Positions 54,191 through 64,000 of a stretch of DNA of 64,000 bases are shown here, piece after piece. The position numbers and the translations under genes are program-made. The number at the start of each line of letters is the position of its first letter. Within the stretch, counting starts at the first letter, position 1. The stretch is taken from positions 26,784,001-26,848,000 of the forward strand of contig OX597834.1 in assembly GCA_951406725.2 (NCBI GenBank). Direction: 5' to 3'. The notes under the pieces were generated by a model, which saw nothing but the letters and a program-made list of their open reading frames with translations, was not told the DNA's origin and did not search any database. This stretch comes from Octopus vulgaris (taxonomy: Eukaryota).

Positions 54191-54407
54191 GCCTGTCAAC
54201 CCACTGAAGCGAGCCAAATCCTTTCTGTTAACTTAGAAACGGGATCAGACCGATGAGTTTCACTGTTATTTGAACATTTATCATTATTCTCCTTTCTTAT
54301 GCACTGCTGTTGATAGCAGCCCTCACCTCAAGCCCTCAATCACTTGTGAGAGTCTTGGAGGCGCCGTAGTTATGACATACAGTATGTTTGGCGCATTCGA
54401 AGATTAA

Positions 54408-54640
54408 GGCCGCGAGCTGGCAGAAACGTTAGCACGCTGAGTGAAATTCTTAGCGGAATTTCGTCTGTCGTTACGTTCTGAGTTGAAGTTCCGCCGAGGT
54501 CGACTTTGCCTTTCATCCTTTCGGAGTCGATTAAATAAGTACCAGTTACGCACTGGGGTCGATGTAATCGACTTAATCCGTTTGTATGTCCTTGTTTGTC
54601 CCCTCTATGTCTAACCCCTTGTGGGCAATAAAGAAATAAG
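54408..54640 (+). mobile_element. Family C SINE
   Basis: Full-length. Confidence 0.85.
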
Positions 54641-55253
54641 CATCTGAAGATAGAGGAAAAGCCCATTATATTTTCAATCACAAACAGAACCCACAAACAG
54701 AACAGGCTTCTGCACAGTTTCCATCTTCAGTTTACTCACATGGTGTAGGTCGACTCGAAGCTATAAAGAATGATGTTCGCTCAAGATACCGCACAGTGGG
54801 ATCGAACTCTGTCTCATAGTTGTGAAGTGAAACGCTTAACCATTCAACCATACTACGCCAATAGGACACACGATGTACATTATATCTTTTATTTGTCAAA
54901 GTCTGGTGCTTCTACTATCGGTCTCTTTTGCCGATAACAGTTATGGGATATAAACAAACCAACACTGGTTATCAAGCAGTGTGTGTGTGTGCGCATGTGT
55001 GTGTGTGCGACATACACAATCATATAGACACATACACATATATACATACACACATTTACACACGCACATGCACAATGGGCTTCGACACAGTTTCCGTCTA
55101 TCGAATTCACTCACAAGGCATTGGTCAAATGGAGTTACGTTAAAAGGCACTTACCCAACATGCTGGGTAGTGGGTCAGAACCTGAAACCATTTGGCTGCA
55201 AAGCTCGATTCTTAACAACGCGGCCATGTCAGCGCCTATCTCAAAAAGGAAGA

Positions 55254-55327
<74 letters not shown>

Positions 55328-55628
55328 GAGAGAGACAGAGACAGAGAGAGACAGAGACAGAGAGAGACAGAGACAGAGACAGAGACAGAGACAGAGACAG
55401 ACAGAGACAGACAGACACAGAATGAGAGAGCAATCCTTAACAGTGGCGGTCAGAAATGCATTCTGTTCAGAGAGGCTTGCTAGATCAAGAAAGACCTGGG
55501 GCTAAATTACAGCAACACCACCACCACCACCAGCAGCAGCAGCAGCAGCATCTTCATCATCAGCAGCAGTAGCAACAGTAGCACTACATGACACTCTCTA
55601 AAAATCTATACTTGTTGATTTTCAGAAA

Positions 55629-55662
<34 letters not shown>

Positions 55663-55834
55663 AAATAATAAATATAACAAAATAAATTAATTTAAAATAA
55701 AATAAAATAAAATAAATTAAGCGCTTTTTGTTGATTCGATCTCCCATCGCGTGCTTGTGTGAGTGACAGCTCGATGTACAATCCTGTTCGTTAGTGGCCA
55801 GTGGAACACACACACGCATAACTATATATAAACA

Positions 55835-55948
<114 letters not shown>

Positions 55949-56329
55949 TACGTATTTATAACACTTACATATGTATATATATATATATACATATGGATAT
56001 ATTTATACACATACACAATTGTAGATGTGTGCACATATGGACCTATACGCAGGTAACTACGTAACGAACCGCCTCACACACATATACGTATACATGAACA
56101 CGTGTACACATACACATACATATATAAATATGCATATACATACATATATACATACATATATATATACATGCATACACATACACATACACGCACGCACACA
56201 TATATATGTATACATACATGCATATGTGGTTACAAACGCAAAACAGGAATGTCGCCAGTACCGGTGTGTATAAAGTGTGTGTCTTTCTTGGTCAAACACA
56301 CGCACGCGCGTACACACACAAACGCGCAC

Positions 56330-56385
<56 letters not shown>

Positions 56386-56496
56386 TCACGCACATAACCA
56401 CTTATACATACACATACTCATGCAGAGGAAAACAGCAAAAATAAATAAATAAAAAACCTTACATGCATGCATACATACAGATAGAAACCTATATAC

Positions 56497-56550
<54 letters not shown>

Positions 56551-56943
56551 TACATGCATTATATATACGTACATAGATACACACATACCTATATATATAT
56601 GTGTGTGTGTGTGTATTATGTATGTATGTATGTACCTACCAACACAGGCAGCAGTCAAAGCCAAGCAGACGATAGTGTTGTGTCGTCTGCTAGCAGTTTT
56701 TCGCTCTCTTTCTGTCAGGAGAACAATGGTTGCCGAACACGGCGTAATGTATTTGTGTTCTTTGAATCTTTTGTAGAGAGTTTGGAGTGGATGGAAGTAC
56801 GGTTTGTTGTTGAGCTTACTGATTACTGTATATAAACACTGTACTTCATACAACACTATAATGAATCCTATTTATTTCATCTCCCTCTGTCTCCATCATT
56901 TCTACTTCGCGTTCCTTTGGTTTCCACTTTCCAAACACGCACG

Positions 56944-57013
<70 letters not shown>

Positions 57014-57171
57014 TTGACAGACACATGTTGGTTAAAGAATAAGGGGAAAACCGTCGTTTAAAACGAAGTACTCAATACTTAAAGTAGAGTTGAATATATT
57101 TAATGAAATAATGACATTTATAAAAGTGGTTCTTGCTTCCAAGGTAAAGAGCACTAATTTTATCAAAAGAG

Positions 57172-57230
<59 letters not shown>

Positions 57231-57356
57231 ACACAGACACACACACACACATGTATGTTTAGGATATATATATGTGCATATATATATATATATATATACA
57301 TGCATATATGCATACATATGCATATATACACAGACATATAAATACATACACACATA

Positions 57357-58347
57357 CAGGGTGCGTAAGATATCCGAGGACAGATTTATATTTATAAAAG
57401 AAAAAACATATACAATAACAGATAATAACTTCATTTATCAAAAAATGCTATGAGAATAAAAACAAACCTTTTCTGTAATGTTATTTGTGTGTGTGTATCT
57501 GTGTGTGTGTGTGTGCTTCAACAACTGCTTCTATATGAGATCTAAGTCATCTACATGCTCAAATCAAGTTGTCCTGGTTCATTTTGGACATTACCCTGAC
57601 TATGGCAGCTTTCATAGAATCTTTGGTGTTATGGGTATGTTCACTAATCTCTCTCTTAACAACACTCCACAAGTAATAGTCCAATGGATTGAGATCTGGG
57701 GAATTAGGAAGCCAAATGTTAGGGGTTATGTGATCAGGAAAATTTTCAGCCATCCATTCCTGTGTTACTAGAGCCATGTGTGATAGTGCAGAGTCTTACT
57801 GAAACACATATGGCCTTCCGTTGCATATACTGTCTATCCAGGGCTTAACAATTATTCCCAGGACCTCAATGTAGGCGGCAGAGTTAACTCTAAGGCCTTG
57901 TGGAAAGAAGTAAGGAGGCATCTCATGTCCTTCATTGCAGACAACCCATAAAACCATGACCGTTGCAGGAAATTTTGAATGCATAACACTTGGAACTTCA
58001 GAAAGGTCAGCAATAACCATCTGTCGTTCCTTCTGTTAACATTTTGATTTTGGCCGAAGTTTTTTCTCGCTCGTGAAAAACCAAATCAAATCTTCGTCAG
58101 CTGGATTTTTCAGTTTATTTAGGAACCTTTTAGATCTCATCTCTTTCTCTTTTTTTATCTCTTTTACTTGTTTCAGTCATTTGACTGTGGCCATGCTGGA
58201 GCACCGCCTTTAGTCGAGCAAATCGACCCTGGGACTTATTCTTTGTAAGCTCAGTACTTTTTTGCCGAACCGCTAAGTGACGGGGACGTAAACACACCAG
58301 CATCGGTTGTCAAGCAATGCTAGGGGGACAAACACATACACACAAAC

Positions 58348-58382
<35 letters not shown>

Positions 58383-59010
58383 CATATATACGACAGGCTT
58401 CTTTCAGTTTCCGTCTACCAAATCCACTCACAAGGCATTGGTCGGCCCGGGGCTATAGTAGAAGACACTTGTCCAAGATGCTACGCAGTGGGACTGAACC
58501 CGGGACCATGTGGTTGGTTAGCAAGCTACTTACCACACAGCCACTCCTGCGCCTGTAGTGATTTTCTTTTACTTTTTCTGACAAATTGACCTTTCCTCAT
58601 CATATAAGACTTATATCTGATGTCTTCGTGAACAATATTTCTGACTGTTCCTTCTGCAACATGGAGATCTTTTGCAATTGACCTCATGGACTTTCTAGGA
58701 TTGTAATCAATGGTCTGTTGAACTTACTGGATAAACTCAGGTGTTCTGATGATTTCAGAGCGTTTAGAATGCTTTTTGTGCTTTGATATTGGTGATACGT
58801 TTCCATCTTCAGTCTCTAGCTCCTTACAAACTCTTAAAACTCGAAATATTTCTAAATCACTATGCTCAGCCTTTATAACCACAATAACACCATCACTCTT
58901 CGTTTCTTGAGTAAGTGAGGGTCTGCCATTATTATTTTCTGAAACAAAGATTATACAGTTATCAAAAAATACAGCAGTAAAAGGTGTCCTCAAATACATT
59001 ACACACCAGG
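57357..59010 (-). mobile_element. Decayed DD37D (maT-type) Tc1/mariner transposon
   Basis: TA-flanked imperfect TIRs (19/26 matches); transposase remnants WFFTSEKNF, KFPATVMVLWVV, YVFQ*DSALSH, WLPNSPDLNPLDYYLW with 37 residues between the last two Asp. Confidence 0.85.
58141..58553 (-). mobile_element. Family A SINE inserted in the maT transposase
   Basis: Interrupts the transposase frame. Confidence 0.85.
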
Positions 59011-59149
59011 TATATATACTTATACATATATACATACCCATCTATCTAAAAAAAAAAGACCCCCCCCCTTTTTTTACCCCCCAAAAGAAAAGCTCTACCT
59101 TGTAATTTGTCCTGTCTGTGTGCAGCCCTGTATGGCTAATAAAGAAACA

Positions 59150-59268
<119 letters not shown>

Positions 59269-60671
59269 TTTCATACATATGTACATGCATACATACATGC
59301 ATAAATACATGCATACATATATGTGTGTGCGTGTCTGTGTGTGTGTCTTTGTGTCTGTGTGTCACCATAACCGCTTGACAACCGACGTTGATTCAGTTTC
59401 GTCTCCGTAACTTACGGGTTCGGTGAAAGACCGATGGAATAAGTACTAGGCTTAAAAAAATAAGTCAAACCTTTGTTTTCCAACCAGTCGCCATGCTTGA
59501 CCGCTAAATCCACAAGTTTATTTCTCGCTGTTTGTTTTATCTTATTCCTTTCTGTTGTAGAGCGTAAACTCGTATCGTAAAAGACTTTCTCACTATCCCG
59601 AGCGTCAAACTAACACACCTGCTTGTAGTTGATGTACCTGTCTTCGTCTTTTGTTTTTCTGTAAATTTCAATTTAAAAAATAAGTAGAGGTTACAGCTGT
59701 TTTGTAATTTACTCCTTCTTACATCAACTTTGATGCAAATATAAATAAATATATGTATACATAAAACTTACACACACACACACACTCTCATATACGCATA
59801 AAGACAGACACCCAACAGGCACACATACTCCCACAAATACATGTATACATACATATACACAATATAGTCATATACATTCATATAGTCATGGAATGATGTG
59901 CAGAAGTGAGAAAATTATTCTTTAGACCGCATTCGGGAGTAATTTTTTTCTAAATAACAATGTTCTGGGGGTGGGGTGGGACATAAAGAAGAACAAAAAA
60001 AGCCACTAAGTTTTATAGATGACTTCAGCTATGATATAAAAACGAGTGTAAAGATTATTTTTTAAAAAATGTTCCCAAATGCATTCCAAGAAGAGACAAA
60101 TTCATTAAACCTTGAAAACACATTAAGTTAGATTTAGAATAGCGGAAATAGGATTAGAAAATGTCACGGTAAAACATTGACAAGAAAAGCTTCCATACCT
60201 ACACGGCCAATATTTGACAAGGCTAACCATAGAGGAAATAGATGAATAAAGTAACTTAGATTTGATGGCGAAGACTGAGGAAAAGGTTGAAGGTTTTTGA
60301 ATTTTTTGCTTCCTTCTTTTTTTCCTTCTTTCTTCCATATACTTTCATTTTTTTTTATCTTGGAATAAAGGCCAAAGATTTCCTACCAGAAACGATGATA
60401 TGCTTATACGGAAAAGAGCGCAAAAGGGCATGTGTGTACACATGCTCACACTCGCATAGATAGATACATAAATATTCATACGTCCACATGCACACACGTA
60501 CGCACGCACACATACACGCATGCGCAAACATACGCACACATACACACACACACACATACACACTCATAAAGTGAGTCCAAGAATGAAGGTAATAGTATTA
60601 CCTTTATTCCTTCATTACGATCGTTTCAACAACACATAGTTCAGGTATAAAGGATAGTGTAATATTACAAC

Positions 60672-61385
60672 ATACATGGAGGCACTTGGCTTAGTGGTTA
60701 GAATGTACGGCTCACGACCGTAAGGCTATGAGTTCAAATCCCCGGCGACGCGTTGTGTCCTTGAGCAAGGCACTTTATTCCAGCGGGCAAAAATGAGTAA
60801 TATTTCAAAAGACCGGCCTGGTCACATATTGTGTCTGGCTAAATCTCCATGAGAACTACATTAAGGGTAGGCGTGTCTGTAGGCGGCGAGCTGGCAGAAA
60901 CGTTAGCGCGCCGGGCGAAATGCTTAGCGTATTTCGTCTGCCATTACGTTGTGAGTTCAAATTCCGCCTAGGTCGACTTTGCCTTTCATCCTTTCAGGGT
61001 CGATAAATTAAGTACCAGTTACGCACTGGGGTCGATGTAATCGACTTAATCCCTTTGTCTGTCCTTGTTTGTCCCTTCTGTGTTTAGCCCCTTGTGGGAA
61101 ATAAAGACATATACATAGAGGCACTTGGTTTAGTGGTTAGAGTGTACCGCTCACGACCGTAAGGCTATGAGTTCAAATCCCCGGCGACGCGTTGTGTCCT
61201 CGAGCAAGGCACTTTATTCCAGCGGGCAAAATTGAGTAATATTTCAGAAGACCAGCCTGGTCACATATTGTGTCAAGCTAAATCTCCCTGAGAACTACAT
61301 TAAGGGTAGGCGTGTCTGTAGATTGCTCAGTCACTTGCACGTTAATTTCACGAGCAGGTTGTTTCGTTGACCGGATAAACTGGAA
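60672..61385 (+). mobile_element. Family B-type SINE with a duplicated 5' part flanking a family C SINE (60882-61107)
   Basis: 210-bp direct repeats at 60672-60881 and 61111-61320. Confidence 0.85.
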
Positions 61386-61609
61386 AGGGTGGGAGAGAAA
61401 AACAGAAAGGAAGAAGAACAAGAGGGCGAGATACATGTTTATATGACAACTTAGCACCCTACTCTCTACCGTCCTACAAAATACAATTTGGAATATCGGG
61501 GTCGTTCTGGATCCCAGCGTAGAAGCGGAAAACTGACGAAATGGTCATGTCCGGAATGTTTGATAAGAGATTTTGATTAAGCCTGGGGTTAAACGACAAT
61601 TATAAAAAA

Positions 61610-61824
61610 CAACAACGTTATCGTCACGGTCATCGTCATCAGCGACATCACCATCTTCTCCGCCACTATCATCATCATCATCAGCTTCCTCCTCAGCCTC
61701 CACCTCTTTTTCCTTCTCCTCTTCTCGTCATCAGTAGCATCATTGCCATCATCATCATTGTCATCTTGGTCGTCGTCGTCTTCGTCGTCGTCAACATCAA
61801 TACCATCATTATCATCGTCAAACA

Positions 61825-61858
<34 letters not shown>

Positions 61859-62274
61859 TCACCACCACCACCACCACCATCACCAACACCAGCATAATCA
61901 GTACCACTAGCAGCAGCATGACCACCATCACAACTATCCACAACTACTGCCACCATCACCACCACCACCGCAATCACCACAAACACCACTATAACCACTA
62001 CTATCACCACCACCATCACCACCAACAATGCCACTAACACTACCACCACCACCACCAACACCACTGCACAATACCACCACCACCACCACCACCACCATGA
62101 ACACCATTACAACCACCACCACTACCACCACCAACACCACTGCCAATACCACTAACACCACCACTAACAACAACAACAACCACCACCACCACCACCACCA
62201 TCATCATCATGACACTACCATCACTATTGATTGACCTCCGCCACCACCGCCTCCACCACCAACAGCATCATCAT

Positions 62275-62320
<46 letters not shown>
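61610..62320. repeat. Compound (CAT/CAC/CAA/CAG)n trinucleotide region
   Basis: Direct reading. Confidence 0.9.
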
Positions 62321-62324
<4 letters not shown>

Positions 62325-62714
62325 AAGCCAGAGACAGAGAAGGCGATCAGTGGAGTCCATTCTGCTGACGTTGACATTTCAATTGAGAAAAGGAACCGAG
62401 AAAAGACACAGCAAGCGTTTGACAACGTTCCGCGGTGTTTAAGACAAAGAAGAACGGTTTCCCCCAACGCTCTCTCTCTCTCTCTCTCCATCTCCATCTC
62501 TCTCTCTCCATCTTATACACACTAATGCACGCACGCACACACACTCACACACATACACAAACGCGCGTGCACACACACAACCAACAACCATACCACTGAA
62601 ATGGTTTTATTTAGTAGTAGTCTTCAACAATCTCATAAACTAACCACTTCGTTGTCTGAACAATGTCTTAATGAGGTTTGAATTGTGGTAACGAGAATGA
62701 TAGAAATATATATG

Positions 62715-62855
<141 letters not shown>

Positions 62856-62911
62856 ATATATTTATATATACATACATATATAAGCATATATATGTACATA
62901 CATACCTACAT

Positions 62912-62958
<47 letters not shown>

Positions 62959-63018
62959 CACGTATATGTGTGTGTGTTCGTGTGTGTGTTCGTGTGTGTG
63001 TGTGTATATGTGTGTGTA

Positions 63019-63085
<67 letters not shown>

Positions 63086-63262
63086 AAGTCTGTGCGTAGG
63101 TATACATGTTTGTATGTATCTATGTATGTGTTTATGTGTGTATATATATGTATGTATATATATATATGTATATATAAATACATGCTTATGCATATATGTA
63201 AGTATGTAAGTATATATACATGTGTGTGTGTGTGCATATATGTATAATATATATATATGTAT

Positions 63263-63884
63263 GTAATCCCCCGACTATCGCGGGGGTTACGTTCGAAAAA
63301 CCCCCGCGATAGGTGAAACTCCGCGAAGTAGAAACAGTACTGTATATTTATTATTATTATTTTTATAATTTGTATATATATATATACAAATACATAGGCG
63401 CAGGAGTGGCTGTGTGGTAAGTAGCTTGCTAACCAACCACATGGTTCCGGGTTCAGTCCCACTGCGTGGCATCTTGGGCAAGTGTCTTCTGCTATAGCCT
63501 CGGGCCAACCAATGCCTTGTGAGTGGATTTGGTAGACGGAAACTGAAAGAAGCCTGTCGTATATATGCATATATATATATGTGTGTATATATGTTTGTGT
63601 GTCTGTGTTTGTCCCCCTAGCATTGCTTGACAACCGATGCTGGTGTGCTTACGTCCCCGTCACTTAGCGGTTCGGCAAAAAGAAACCGATAGAATAAGTA
63701 CTGGGCTTACAAAGAATAAGTCCCGGGGTCGATTTGCTCGACTAAAGGGCGGTGCTCCAGCATGGCCGCAGTCAAATGACTGAAACAAGTAAAGAGTATA
63801 TATTTCATTATAAATGCAAAACAACACCACAGAGGAATCAACGTAAGCCAAAATAATAAACCGCGATATGGCGAGGGATTACTG
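63263..63884. mobile_element. Tigger/pogo-like MITE containing a nested family A SINE (63397-63797, +)
   Basis: GTAATCCCCCGACTATCGCGG ... CCGCGATATGGCGAGGGATTACTG followed by TA. Confidence 0.7.
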
Positions 63885-64000
63885 TACACACACACTCACA
63901 CACACTCACATTTGTAATATAGCATATATATCTATAATAATAAATGCTAAATATAGCATTTATTATTATATAAATATATATATTTATATATGAATGTATA

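Overview
Eukaryotic, AT-rich, almost entirely non-coding DNA. Dense (TA)n, (CA)n, (TATG)n, (TCTA)n, (CCAA)n and trinucleotide microsatellites plus several tRNA-derived SINE families resemble an octopus/coleoid cephalopod genome (inference). Nearly all ORFs in the track are microsatellite or SINE artefacts. Supported content: one likely first coding exon on the minus strand (1534-1854, MGQALQR...), decayed LINE fragments (CR1/L2-type, RTE, R4/NeSL-like), a mariner fragment, a DD37D (maT-type) transposon, MITEs, a non-autonomous Helitron and dozens of SINE copies. The most interesting signal is a set of short insertions between (TA)n tracts that carry minimal type I hammerhead ribozyme folds typical of Penelope-like element pLTRs or retrozymes. 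Cores are intact at 7581-7666 and 46868-46910. At four loci only the 3' half of the ribozyme survives, inside a fold-back inverted repeat whose axis lies at or next to ribozyme stem II. Also notable are a 210-bp direct duplication flanking a SINE and SINE trimers that share an identical junction. All calls were made by eye, with no alignment or folding software; SINE family letters A/B/C are my own labels and element edges are approximate.
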